Origin: Candidatus Melainabacteria bacterium 17Bon1m
Lineage (GTDB): Bacteria > Cyanobacteriota > Vampirovibrionia > Obscuribacterales > Obscuribacteraceae
Assembly: GCA_032128875.1 (NCBI GenBank)
Contig: JAVLKG010000002.1
Location: 672,001-736,000 of the forward strand
Direction of reading: 5' to 3'
DNA: 64,000 nucleotides
A program made the position numbers and the translations under genes. Of the stretch, positions 39,325 to 49,151 are shown piece after piece. The notes beneath the pieces were generated by a model. It saw only the letters and a program-made list of their open reading frames with translations. It did not search any database and was not told the DNA's origin. Every line of letters starts with the position of its first letter. The first letter of the stretch is position 1.

Positions 39325-40555
39325 TCTGCAAGAGGGCAATCACGTAAGCAGGAGAAAATTCTTGCTTCTGGCGGCAACTGTGGCGGCTGGCGGTTTGACG
39401 TCCGCATGTTCTAATCTTGCCGACGAAGATGCTCACAAGGGCGCAATCATCAAAGTGCGAGATGGTTTATCCGTAGCGCGCTTTCCTGAGAAAGAAGAGC
39501 TGATTTTGTTGACGGACCGCCCTCCTCAGCTCGAGACACCGCTTTTCTATTTTCGACAGGACCTCACTCCTAATGAAGCGTTTTTTGTGCGCTGGCACTT
39601 CTCTGGAATACCAACTTCGGTCGATTTGAGAACCTTCAAATTGACTGTTGGTGGCCATGTGCAAAAAACATTGTCATTGTCAGTCGATGACCTGAGAAAG
39701 CAATTCGAGCCTGTCTCTCTAGTAGCTGTAAATCAGTGTTCTGGAAACTCGCGCAGCTTCTTTTCGCCGCAGGTACCAGGTGGACAATGGGGACATGGTG
39801 CCGTTGGTAATGCCAGATGGACTGGTGTTCGCCTCAAAGACCTATTAAATAGGGCTGGCGTAAAACCTCAGGCAATGCAAGTGACATTCGCAGGTTTGGA
39901 TGAACCACCGCTCTATAGTATGCACAAGTTCGTCAAAGCTCTCGAGATTGATCATGCCATTGGTGATGAGGTTTTAGTCGCGTATGAGATGAACGGCGAA
40001 CCATTGCCTATGCTAAATGGTTTTCCCCTGCGCCTGGTGGTGCCAGGTTGGTATGCCACTTATTGGGTTAAGTCATTGGCGAAGATCGAGGTGTTACCGA
40101 GTAAGTTTGACGGCTTTTGGATGGAGAAGGCCTATCGAATTCCAAAGAACGAGAATGCTAACGAAACACCCGAAAATCTCGCGAAGGACACTATTCCTAT
40201 CAATCGCATGAATGTTCGATCTATTCTCGTACGTCCTGATTTCACGGATGTGGTTCGTGTCGGCAAGCAGTTTGAAATTGAAGGAATAGCATTCGATGGT
40301 GGAAGCGGAATTTCGAAAGTCGAAGTTTCGGTCGATGGTGGTGCATCCTGGTCTGTCGCACAACTAGACAATTCCGACAATGGTAAGTTTTCATTCAAAC
40401 GCTGGAGAATGTCATGGACGCCCACTTCTACCGGCAGCTATAAAGTTTTGACACGTGCTACTTCGGGCGATGGAAAAGTTCAGGGCCCGCAATTCTGGAA
40501 TAAGAGCGGCTACATGCGCAACGGCATTGAGCAAAATGAGGTCGCGGTTGTATAG
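39284..40555 (+). CDS. sorA: Sulfite-oxidase-family molybdoenzyme (SorA-like sulfite dehydrogenase), Tat lipoprotein
   Basis: SRRKFL Tat motif, LTSAC lipobox, FFVRWH, QCSGN (Mo-ligand Cys), NGFPLRLVVPGWYATYWVK, WNKSGY. Confidence 0.88.
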   Translation: MRTPQNETQKQATDLQEGNHVSRRKFLLLAATVAAGGLTSACSNLADEDAHKGAIIKVRDGLSVARFPEKEELILLTDRPPQLETPLFYFRQDLTPNEAFFVRWHFSGIPTSVDLRTFKLTVGGHVQKTLSLSVDDLRKQFEPVSLVAVNQCSGNSRSFFSPQVPGGQWGHGAVGNARWTGVRLKDLLNRAGVKPQAMQVTFAGLDEPPLYSMHKFVKALEIDHAIGDEVLVAYEMNGEPLPMLNGFPLRLVVPGWYATYWVKSLAKIEVLPSKFDGFWMEKAYRIPKNENANETPENLAKDTIPINRMNVRSILVRPDFTDVVRVGKQFEIEGIAFDGGSGISKVEVSVDGGASWSVAQLDNSDNGKFSFKRWRMSWTPTSTGSYKVLTRATSGDGKVQGPQFWNKSGYMRNGIEQNEVAVV

Positions 40556-40559
40556 CCTG

Positions 40560-40961
40560 ATGAAAATTATAAGAATGCCTGTTTTCGTGATCTTGATACT
40601 GTCCGCAGTACTTTATATGGTGTCATCTTTTTTTGCGACGCCATCAGTTAAGGCTGATAATGCTGATTCGCAAAGTAAGCCTTCGGCAATCAAAGTCACT
40701 GGCAAAACTATAGAGCTTCCTCACCTGCCGCCAGATTTCCCTCCGGGCAACGGACGCGAACTGTTCATTTCGCGTTGTGGAGTTTGTCATTCACTGCGAT
40801 ACATAACCATGCAGCCTAACTTTCCTGAGAAAACTTGGGCGAAAGAAGTGGACAAAATGATCAAAACCTACGGCGCCCATATCGATAAAAAGGAAGCCAA
40901 GGAAATTATCGAATACCTAAATTCAATCAAAGGAAAGGCGCCTAGCGCAGAAAAGCATTAA
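40560..40961 (+). CDS. sorB: SorB-like monoheme cytochrome c
   Basis: CGVCHS..YITMQP..W..EV.KM..YGA.I. Confidence 0.8.
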   Translation: MKIIRMPVFVILILSAVLYMVSSFFATPSVKADNADSQSKPSAIKVTGKTIELPHLPPDFPPGNGRELFISRCGVCHSLRYITMQPNFPEKTWAKEVDKMIKTYGAHIDKKEAKEIIEYLNSIKGKAPSAEKH

Positions 40962-41503
40962 TGGCAGAAACTCCGGCAGACATCAAATATTCGGACAAGG
41001 GCAGTGGCAATAAAACGCCCGTTGTGCTTGCTGTCATCGTTGCAATTGTCGCTGCTGGTGTTTCTATATGGGGAGTCTCCAGCACTGGACTAATGGCAGG
41101 AGTACCTGAAAGCGCGAATACTCTGCCGGCACCGCCTACGGTTGCGCTGCCATCAGATAAAGGCGAGAAAGAGCGCCTGCTAAGGCTTGGTGCCCAAGTC
41201 CATCAGGAAAGTTGCGCCGGCTGCCACGCTGTGGATACCAAACTTATCGGTCCATCTTATCTGGATGTCTGCAAGTTGTATGGTGAATCCATGGACGTCA
41301 AAGGAACTCCATCTCCTGGCGTTACCGATCAGATTGATGTAGTTGCAATAAGTGGCATAAGCTTTGCTACCTCGCATCCAAAGAATAATTTATGGGATGG
41401 GTATCAAAGCGGGCCGGATATAACTTTGACTGCTGATCAGCGCCGTGCTGTCGCTGTTTGGATTTTCAATCTCTCCAATGAAAAGGAGGGCCGCGATGAC
41501 TGA
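40961..41503 (+). CDS. Membrane-anchored cytochrome c
   Basis: N-terminal TM helix; CAGCHAVDTKLIGPSY (c551/c552-like). Confidence 0.8.
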   Translation: MAETPADIKYSDKGSGNKTPVVLAVIVAIVAAGVSIWGVSSTGLMAGVPESANTLPAPPTVALPSDKGEKERLLRLGAQVHQESCAGCHAVDTKLIGPSYLDVCKLYGESMDVKGTPSPGVTDQIDVVAISGISFATSHPKNNLWDGYQSGPDITLTADQRRAVAVWIFNLSNEKEGRDD

Positions 41504-44183
41504 GTCTTCAGAAAATTCGAAGTCATCGATTGCAGTTGCTGTGCCGAGAATCGAATTCGGACTGGTCAAAGCACACGCGATCGCCGCTATGGTCACTGTT
41601 TTGATCTCTGTTACCTTTGGCGTAATTGTTTCTCTGAAATTGCATACGCCTGATTTTGCCAGCGCCAGCCCTTTTTTGACTTGGGGGCGATTGCGCTATA
41701 ACCACACACAGGGCATCTTCTTTGGATGGCTAGGCAACGCTTTTTTAATGTTCCTCTATTATGCGGTTCCGATGCTATCGATGCGTCCGGTTTTGAGTCG
41801 AAAGCTCGGCTGGATGTTGTTTGCTCTCTGGAATTTCGCAGTTGTCCTACCCGGCTGGCTGCTGGTCATGGCCGGGGTCAGTCAACCGTTGGAATGGGGC
41901 GAATTTCCGCTAATTGTCGACGTCTTCGTCGTGCTTGCATTCATCGCATCTGTCGTGCAATTTGCAATACCACTTTTGAAAACGAAGCTTTCTTCACTAT
42001 ATGTCAGCGGCTGGTACATTCTGGGCGGTCTGATATTTACACTCTTCGCTTATCCGATTGGTAATGTCATTCCTCAGATTGCTCCTGGTGCGCAAGGCGC
42101 TGCTTTTAGCGGGCTCTGGATTCACGATGCGATCGGTTTGTATGTGACTCCTCTAGCTCTAGCAATGGCATTTTTCGTTGTGCCCCTTGTGACGAAAAAG
42201 CCGCTATACAGCCACTTCCTTTCTATGCTCGGCTTCTGGCTGCTTTTCTTTGTTTATCCACTTAACGGAACCCACCATTACGTTTTCTCCGCCATTCCAA
42301 TGGATGCCCAGAAGGGAGCAATTGTCGCTTCGGTTTACTTGGGAATGGATGTGATTCTGGTTGTGACCAACCTTCTTCTTTCGATGCGAGGTTGTTCCAA
42401 ACTTCTGAAAGAAGACCTTTCCTTACGGTTTGTTTGGATGGGCACGATTCTCTATTTGATTGTCAGTCTGCAAGGCTCCATGCAGGCATTGATGCCCTTT
42501 AATCGTTTGATTCACTTCAGCGACTGGGTTATTGGACATTCACATTTGGCTATGCTCGGTTTTGCAACCTTCACCGCTATCGGTGGCATGACGTATGTTT
42601 GGCAGCGGGTTCCGAATGCACGGTTTAACCGTCGTGCGCTCAATCACGCTTATTGGCTATTGCTGATAGGCATGATAATGATGGTGTCGCTTTTGACGAT
42701 CGCCGGTCTGGCCGAAGCAAAGGTCTGGCAGACATCACTTCCTTGGATGGAATCGATTCGAGCGGCAAAACCGCATTGGCTTCATCGCACATTCTCAGCC
42801 ATTTTGGTGATTGGCGGTTTCATTTCCCTTTTCACTTCTTTCTTCACAGGTGCGAGAAACGAAATAACCTCAGCATCTGCATCCGCGAGTTCGCAAGAAA
42901 AGGCGGAAATTGATAGCGCTCCCACTCGCGGCCCGAAACGTTTGGGAATGGCATATGCTGCCGCCGGAATTGGTGGCATAGGATTTTTTCTCCTGTCGTT
43001 TACTGCCCTTGCTGTGATCCCTGGCATGGCTTTACAGAATGAAATTGCGCGAACCAAGCCTTCGACAATGTTGAAGCCCACTGAGCAAGAACAGCGCGGC
43101 CGTATAGTTTATGCACGAGAAGGATGCGCTTACTGTCATACACAGCAGATTCGCACTGTTCCACAAGATGTAGATCGCTTTGGTGCTCCCACTCGCGCCT
43201 GGGAAAATCGGTACGACTACCCGCAATTGTGGGGAACTCGAAGAATTGGCCCCGATTTGTCGCGCGAGACAAATATTCGCTCTGATGACTGGCAATTGAC
43301 TCATTTATACAATCCGCGCTCGATTGTTCCTGATTCGGTAATGCCATCTTTTCCATGGTTATTTGACGGCTCGCCTGCAAAGCCGAAAGCCGAAGCTGAT
43401 GATCTGCTTGCATACATAAAGTCACTAGGCAAAGCTCGCCAGCTGTCGGGAAATGATCCAAAGCAATTCACTCTTGCTCCTAATTGCGAATGTCCTGATG
43501 ACGTCAAAAAAATTGAAACTACTCCTGTGCCACTGAATGCAAGCGGATCTGTACGCACCGTTGGAGTACTACCGTTTGAAGTGACACTGCCCAGCGATGC
43601 TGCAAAACGTGCTGATCTACAGCGGAAGGGTGCAGTTTTGTTTGCTAAGAATTGCCAGGGGTGTCACGGTGAAATGGGTGATGGACAGGGACCGGCTGCT
43701 GAAGGGTTGTTTCCCAAACCCGCTGGTCTAATTGAGGCGAACTACACTACAAAGCACCTGGTTTCTGTGTTGATGAATGGTATTCCTGGAACTTCAATGC
43801 CTGCATGGAGAGATTTGCCTCGCGCTGATATAGAGGCGCTGGTTGCGCATCTTAAGACTTTGCCCGAGCGACCTGTTTATGTGACCTCTGCTGAAGAGAT
43901 GGCGAGCAAGGAAGTTCAGGCAGGCAAGAAGATTTACGAGCAAAAGTGCGTTTCTTGCCATGGTATTGAAGGTGATGGCAAAGGTCCAGCCTCTGCGACA
44001 CTAGATCGACCACCGGCAAACTTCAAAGAAGTACAACCGGAGCCTGATGATTTGCTCAACGTGCTCGAGGTAGGTGTTCCTGGCACCAGTATGCCACCAT
44101 GGAAGGACCAGCTGACCGAGCAGGAAAGGGACTACCTTTCGCGTTATGTTCAAGCCTTTTATGTAGAGGAGACCAAGAAATGA
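41496..44183 (+). CDS. Fused cbb3-type (C-family-like) heme-copper oxidase subunits I and II plus two additional cytochrome c domains
   Basis: RLRYNHT, WIHDAIG, YPLNGTHH, DWVIGHSH; CcoO-like EGCAYCHTQQIR..GTRRIGPDL..PDSVMP; further CQGCH and CVSCH. Confidence 0.88.
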   Translation: MTESSENSKSSIAVAVPRIEFGLVKAHAIAAMVTVLISVTFGVIVSLKLHTPDFASASPFLTWGRLRYNHTQGIFFGWLGNAFLMFLYYAVPMLSMRPVLSRKLGWMLFALWNFAVVLPGWLLVMAGVSQPLEWGEFPLIVDVFVVLAFIASVVQFAIPLLKTKLSSLYVSGWYILGGLIFTLFAYPIGNVIPQIAPGAQGAAFSGLWIHDAIGLYVTPLALAMAFFVVPLVTKKPLYSHFLSMLGFWLLFFVYPLNGTHHYVFSAIPMDAQKGAIVASVYLGMDVILVVTNLLLSMRGCSKLLKEDLSLRFVWMGTILYLIVSLQGSMQALMPFNRLIHFSDWVIGHSHLAMLGFATFTAIGGMTYVWQRVPNARFNRRALNHAYWLLLIGMIMMVSLLTIAGLAEAKVWQTSLPWMESIRAAKPHWLHRTFSAILVIGGFISLFTSFFTGARNEITSASASASSQEKAEIDSAPTRGPKRLGMAYAAAGIGGIGFFLLSFTALAVIPGMALQNEIARTKPSTMLKPTEQEQRGRIVYAREGCAYCHTQQIRTVPQDVDRFGAPTRAWENRYDYPQLWGTRRIGPDLSRETNIRSDDWQLTHLYNPRSIVPDSVMPSFPWLFDGSPAKPKAEADDLLAYIKSLGKARQLSGNDPKQFTLAPNCECPDDVKKIETTPVPLNASGSVRTVGVLPFEVTLPSDAAKRADLQRKGAVLFAKNCQGCHGEMGDGQGPAAEGLFPKPAGLIEANYTTKHLVSVLMNGIPGTSMPAWRDLPRADIEALVAHLKTLPERPVYVTSAEEMASKEVQAGKKIYEQKCVSCHGIEGDGKGPASATLDRPPANFKEVQPEPDDLLNVLEVGVPGTSMPPWKDQLTEQERDYLSRYVQAFYVEETKK

Positions 44184-44347
44184 TTTACGCTCTTCTGATA
44201 CTGATGACGGTGCTAGTTGGCATTTATGTTGTTGCCTGGTTTGTCAGTCCCTCTCTGCGTGATCTTTTGGAGAAACCAAATCAAGGTTTGCTGAACAATA
44301 GTGAAAAGTTTGAACAGAACAAAAATTGCAAAGGCGCGTTGAAATGA
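44180..44347 (+). CDS. Small single-TM protein (possible CcoQ-like subunit)
   Basis: ATGA overlap with the oxidase gene; MIYALLILMTVLVGIYVVAWF. Confidence 0.6.
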   Translation: MIYALLILMTVLVGIYVVAWFVSPSLRDLLEKPNQGLLNNSEKFEQNKNCKGALK

Positions 44348-44736
44348 AATTTGAAGATAAGCTCGAAATTCAAGAACTAACTTCTCGTTATGCCAACGCG
44401 ATGGATGATGCCGATTTGGATTCCTGGATAGCTACCTGGGACGCCAACGGATTGTGGAAAGGCGGACTTGGGGATTTCCAGGGGACAGATAAACTAAAAG
44501 AGCTCTTTGCGGCTCTTGGCGAGCGGATTAAAAACCGTAGGCATGTAATGACGAATTTCGTAATTGTAGGCGACGATGCACAGGCAGAGCAGCGTTGTTA
44601 TATGCTCGTTTTTGATCGCGTTAATGAAGCGCGCTTGATCGCGTCCGGCGTTTACAATGACCGCCTAATTAAGTCAGGTGGTGCGTGGAAGTTTTTAGAG
44701 CGCCGAGTCGCTCTTGACCCAAGTTTTCGTCCGTAA
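44344..44736 (+). CDS. SnoaL-like / NTF2-family protein
   Basis: EIQELTSRYANAMD, RHVMTN, GVYNDRL..GAWKFLER. Confidence 0.85.
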   Translation: MKFEDKLEIQELTSRYANAMDDADLDSWIATWDANGLWKGGLGDFQGTDKLKELFAALGERIKNRRHVMTNFVIVGDDAQAEQRCYMLVFDRVNEARLIASGVYNDRLIKSGGAWKFLERRVALDPSFRP

Positions 44737-44768
44737 TGCCAAAGGTTCGAGCCCCAAAGGAATTCATC

Positions 44769-46013
44769 ATGCTGAAACAGATTTTTATTGCCCTTAGCTC
44801 TGTTGTCATGCTGGCTGGACCCAGCTTTGCTAACGACATCGAAGTTCAGGAAAAAATTCGCATGAAGAGTGGCGAATGGATGGCTGAGATGCGGCAAGTC
44901 GACAAACTTAAGGCTCAGAAGAAGTGGGATGAAGCTGAAGCTGTGATTCGCAACATCATGGCTGAAAGGCAAGAGTTAAAACTCAATCTCAGCGGTGAGA
45001 AAAGATCGCTCGCTGAGTTGTACACCGCCGCAGGCAAACTTTCTGAAGCCGAGAAGATGTACAAGGAGCAAATCTCCGATCGTGAAACACACGATGGCAT
45101 TGATGATTTCATTCTTGTCCCAGTTTTGAATCAGTATGCTGAGTTCTTGCGTGCTCATGGTCGAGCGAAGGAAGCTGTTCCATTAGAGCAACGTGCCAAA
45201 GGCATTGAAGCTGACATTAACAAACCACCTAAAAAGCAAATTGCCGCCATCATGGGTGATACCAAATTGAGCAGCAACGACAAGTACAGCAAACTGTGCG
45301 ATTTGGGCAAAAGATTTCTCGACAGCGATAATGCCACCAAAGCTTCTTTTGCATTCACAGAAGCAATCAAGGTAAATCCGTATAAGCCAAGAGCTTACAA
45401 AATGCGTGCTCAAACTTATTACCAAACAGAAAAGTTGCAGGCAGCTCTCGAGGACTTGAATAACGCGCTAAAAGCTGACGCAAAAGATGCCGAAGCTTTG
45501 TTCGACCGCGGTCGCTTGTACCAGAGTTTGAACAAGCCGTTGAAAGCACTGAAAGACTTTGATGCGTCTATTGCTCTGCGACCCGGCGATGTAGATACAC
45601 TGGGTTATCGTGCGAAACAATTCGCAGCACTCGGACGTATCGACAATGCAATTGCCGACTACTCCTCTGCGATTAAGGCACAACCCCGGACACACTGGGC
45701 TTTTATCCAACGTTCTTTGCTTTACCGCGATTATAAGAAGGACACCGCTCAAGCTCTCAAGGATATCGACAATGCCATTGCCCTTGCGCCGAAGAACATA
45801 GATGACTGGGAATTGAGAGCTGAAACTCTCATGAAAGCCAAGCGCGTGAAAGAAGCAATCGCCGACGCGACCAAAATGATTGAAATCGAGCCAGATAGCA
45901 CTCAGGGCTACTCAATGAGGTCTCGAATCTACAAGGCAATAGAAGGACCGAAGTCCAAGAATGCTGCGGCAGACCTGGCTACCATCGAGAAGATGAGAAA
46001 AACGGCGCCATAG
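44769..46013 (+). CDS. Secreted TPR protein
   Basis: Signal peptide and multiple TPRs (e.g. ALFDRGRLYQSLNKPLKALKDFDASIALRP). Confidence 0.85.
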   Translation: MLKQIFIALSSVVMLAGPSFANDIEVQEKIRMKSGEWMAEMRQVDKLKAQKKWDEAEAVIRNIMAERQELKLNLSGEKRSLAELYTAAGKLSEAEKMYKEQISDRETHDGIDDFILVPVLNQYAEFLRAHGRAKEAVPLEQRAKGIEADINKPPKKQIAAIMGDTKLSSNDKYSKLCDLGKRFLDSDNATKASFAFTEAIKVNPYKPRAYKMRAQTYYQTEKLQAALEDLNNALKADAKDAEALFDRGRLYQSLNKPLKALKDFDASIALRPGDVDTLGYRAKQFAALGRIDNAIADYSSAIKAQPRTHWAFIQRSLLYRDYKKDTAQALKDIDNAIALAPKNIDDWELRAETLMKAKRVKEAIADATKMIEIEPDSTQGYSMRSRIYKAIEGPKSKNAAADLATIEKMRKTAP

Positions 46014-46114
46014 TCCAGGGGAACAGACCCTGTATATATCCGTCTAGATCCCCATTGGTTTGTTCTCCTGTTTTATGAGAAGATGACCTGGGTCTCCTAA
46101 CAGGAAAGGACGAG

Positions 46115-46390
46115 ATGATGAACAGGTTTGCGATTGCTTCGTTGGTGATTTTGATTGCTGCTTTGAGTAACATCCCGGCTGCGGAAGCTGGTGCTGTCAC
46201 TAAAGGCATCAAGAAAGGCTATAACGCCACAGCCAACGGCGTAAAGAAGAGTGTTCGAGTCACGGAAGGTGGTGTTAAGAAGGGCGTTAAGGTGACGGTC
46301 GGCGGCACGAAGAAAGGGCTAAAGACGACCGATCAAGCACTTAAGAAATCTTGGCGCAGCACCACAAAGTTCGTAAAGAAGGTATTTTGA
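46115..46390 (+). CDS. Small secreted basic protein with 11-residue GVKK periodicity
   Basis: Signal peptide; KGIKK/NGVKK/GGVKK/GGTKK/QALKK spaced 11 aa apart. Confidence 0.65.
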   Translation: MMNRFAIASLVILIAALSNIPAAEAGAVTKGIKKGYNATANGVKKSVRVTEGGVKKGVKVTVGGTKKGLKTTDQALKKSWRSTTKFVKKVF

Positions 46391-47487
46391 TCGGAACAAC
46401 TGCTGTTAGTGCTCCAATCTCAAGGACCCAGGCTACCTGGGAACGCCGGCGTCTAGCCGGCTTTTTCTTTGGATGCACTTTAGCAATATTCTGTGCTTTG
46501 TCACTTTCCGGCACATCAGCCTTGGCAAAAGCGAAACAGAGCGCTAAAGCGCCAGATGCAGAATCCATGCCAATGGCTGCGCCACCAATTCAGCGTGGAG
46601 AGGTTTCTACAAGTTCGACCGCGCCTTTTTCTCTAAATGCATCGAAAACGCAAGAGAACACGACTATCCCACGTCCGGCGTTCAATCTCAACGCTACGAA
46701 GTTTACCCAGGGCGCAGAGCAAACAGATACCCAATTAATGCCAGGTGCGCCAAAGTTTGATGTTTCCGCCTTTCAGCAAGCCCCGCTTGCAGGCAATGCA
46801 CAGAAGCAGGCACCGCTTACCGGTGGAGTTCAGGCACTTAAGCTGCTAGCTAATTACGACATCGAGTTGATTGTCGATGAGTCGCTTTCGATGAGGAGGA
46901 TGGATTGCCCCGGTGGCTTGTCGCGATGGAATTGGTGTGGCATGCAAGCTGGCCAATTGGCGAAACAGCTTGCACCTTATGTCCGCAATGGTTTTACTCT
47001 GACTACCTTCGCTGGTGGTTACGAAGTCTATGATCATTCAACACCTGAAAATGTGATGCACCTCTTTCAGAATCCAATGTTCAGCCTTGGCACGAGAATG
47101 TCGCAACCTCTGGCAGACAGGCTCAACAATTTTTTCAGTAAGCGACAGAGCATAGGAAGACCGCTTCTGCTTGCAGTAATTACAGATGGTGTGCCTGCGC
47201 CTAAGCGTGAGCCATTTCTGGTGGCAGATGTTTTGATCAATGCCACTAAAAAGATGCGCGATGCAAAAGATGTGACGGTTGTGTTCTTCCAAATTGGCGG
47301 GGCAGATTTTAAAGGGCAGCGGTTTCTCAATTATTTAGACAATGGTCTGGTGGCAGATGGTGCACGTTTTGATATCGTAAAAAATGTTCCGATGGAGCGT
47401 TTGGCTCAAATCGGTTTGGCACAATCTCTGGTAAATTCGATTCAAGAGTTCGCTGCGCAAAATAAACAAGCTCCGAACCTTCGTTAA
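46387..47487 (+). CDS. Exported vWA-domain protein
   Basis: MIDAS DESLS, VITDG, FFQIG; start codon uncertain. Confidence 0.75.
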   Translation: MIGTTAVSAPISRTQATWERRRLAGFFFGCTLAIFCALSLSGTSALAKAKQSAKAPDAESMPMAAPPIQRGEVSTSSTAPFSLNASKTQENTTIPRPAFNLNATKFTQGAEQTDTQLMPGAPKFDVSAFQQAPLAGNAQKQAPLTGGVQALKLLANYDIELIVDESLSMRRMDCPGGLSRWNWCGMQAGQLAKQLAPYVRNGFTLTTFAGGYEVYDHSTPENVMHLFQNPMFSLGTRMSQPLADRLNNFFSKRQSIGRPLLLAVITDGVPAPKREPFLVADVLINATKKMRDAKDVTVVFFQIGGADFKGQRFLNYLDNGLVADGARFDIVKNVPMERLAQIGLAQSLVNSIQEFAAQNKQAPNLR

Positions 47488-47521
47488 CTGACAGCAAGTT
47501 TAATAGTCAATTGGATGAGAA

Positions 47522-47977
47522 ATGAAGATTTGGGTGGATGCTGATGCTTGTCCGGGTGCGGTGCGGGACATAGTTATTGCTGCATCACACAAGCGGAAGA
47601 TTCCAGCTTCATTCGTCGCTAACAAGCAGCTTTCCTTGCCGATTTCGGATTTGATTGCGTTTGTTCTTGTCGGAAACGCTCCTGACGCGGCGGATGCTTA
47701 CATTGTGGAGCAAGCCCAGAAAGGGGATCTTGTTATTACGCAGGACATCCCGCTTGCGCATCCGCTTGTACATAAGCAAATCGTAGTGATTAGCCCGCGT
47801 GGTTTGGTTTTTGACGAAGACAACATTGGTGAAAGGCTGTCTGTTAGAGACATGCTGCAGGATATGCGCGATGTTGGAATAGTGACGGGCGGACCTAAAC
47901 AATTTGGTGATAAGGAAAAACGGGAATTCGCGTCCAGCTTTGATAGAGAACTAACGAAACTTCTTAAAAAAGTGTAG
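47522..47977 (+). CDS. YaiI/YqxD (UPF0178) family protein
   Basis: IWVDADACP, DAADAYI, GDLVITQDIPLA, TGGP. Confidence 0.92.
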   Translation: MKIWVDADACPGAVRDIVIAASHKRKIPASFVANKQLSLPISDLIAFVLVGNAPDAADAYIVEQAQKGDLVITQDIPLAHPLVHKQIVVISPRGLVFDEDNIGERLSVRDMLQDMRDVGIVTGGPKQFGDKEKREFASSFDRELTKLLKKV

Positions 47978-47989
47978 ATTAGTATTCTC

Positions 47990-49144
47990 ATGAATATTCA
48001 AGAAATTGAGATTTCCGGCTACCGATCTGTTGACGACCTGAAATTAGAGCTGAGCAACGTGACAGTTCTTGTGGGTCCGAACGGTTGTGGAAAGAGCAAT
48101 ATCTATCAGTCTATAAACCTCATCGCGGCAGCTGCGACCGGTCAGTTTGCGCGTCGGATTGCAGAGGAAGGCGGCATGCAGTCCATCCTCTGGGCGGGTG
48201 GCAGAAGCAAGAACGAGAAGCCGAGAACCAGATTGAGCGTGAATTTTGATCAACTGTCATATTCAATTGAGTTCGGCGTAATTCCCGTTAGCGATAGGAT
48301 ATCAGTACCGTTTTTCAAATTAGATCCGGATATCAAGGAAGAATCTGTAGAGATAAAATCTGGTTCTCGTAAGGTAAATCTGCTGAAGCGAAAGCGATTA
48401 ATTATTACGGCGAAGGATATTGATGGCGAAGAACTGGCGTTCTCCGACACTGTGACAGAGAGTGAATCTGTTCTATCAGAACTCAGAGAGCCACAAAGAT
48501 TTCCAGAGTTAGTAAATCTGAGATCTCAATTTCTTCGTTGGCGTTTCTATCACGACTTCAGGACAGATCTGCAGTCTCCAATACGTGATCCTCAAGTCGC
48601 CACACTAACGCCAATTCTTAGCCACGATGGTCGAGATTTGGCTGCTACCCTTGCAACAATTCGGTCAATCGGCAATGTGGAAAAGCTTCGTTATTCCGTA
48701 CAGAAGGCTTTTCCGGGTAGCTCTATTGTCATTGAAGAAGAAGAGGGTGCTCTCCACCTAAGCATGAGCTTTCCAGGTATATCGAGAAATCTTGAGGCGC
48801 GTGAGCTGTCAGATGGAATACTCCAATACCTTTGTTTGCTTGCTGCCCTTTTGACTCCGCGTCCAGCACCATTTATGGTGCTCAATGAACCGGAAACGAG
48901 TATCCATTATGACTTGCTGAAACCGATGGCAGATCTAATTGTCGCGGCATCGGAGAACTCACAAATATTGCTAACAACACATTCTAAAGAACTCGCACGA
49001 TCGCTTCGACTGAAGGGCGCTACCGTTTATGAGCTGGAAAAGATTGACGGTGCGACAACTCTTAAAGGCACGCGAAAAATAAAAACGCATGAGCAAAAAA
49101 TGCGTGGATGGCTTGGAGCAGAAACCGAAATGGAAGATCCTTGA
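47990..49144 (+). CDS. Predicted ABC/SMC-like ATPase, copy 1
   Basis: GPNGCGKSN, WRFYHDFRTD, LSDG, LNEPETS.H, TTHS. Confidence 0.88.
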   Translation: MNIQEIEISGYRSVDDLKLELSNVTVLVGPNGCGKSNIYQSINLIAAAATGQFARRIAEEGGMQSILWAGGRSKNEKPRTRLSVNFDQLSYSIEFGVIPVSDRISVPFFKLDPDIKEESVEIKSGSRKVNLLKRKRLIITAKDIDGEELAFSDTVTESESVLSELREPQRFPELVNLRSQFLRWRFYHDFRTDLQSPIRDPQVATLTPILSHDGRDLAATLATIRSIGNVEKLRYSVQKAFPGSSIVIEEEEGALHLSMSFPGISRNLEARELSDGILQYLCLLAALLTPRPAPFMVLNEPETSIHYDLLKPMADLIVAASENSQILLTTHSKELARSLRLKGATVYELEKIDGATTLKGTRKIKTHEQKMRGWLGAETEMEDP

Positions 49145-49151
49145 GGTAAAA

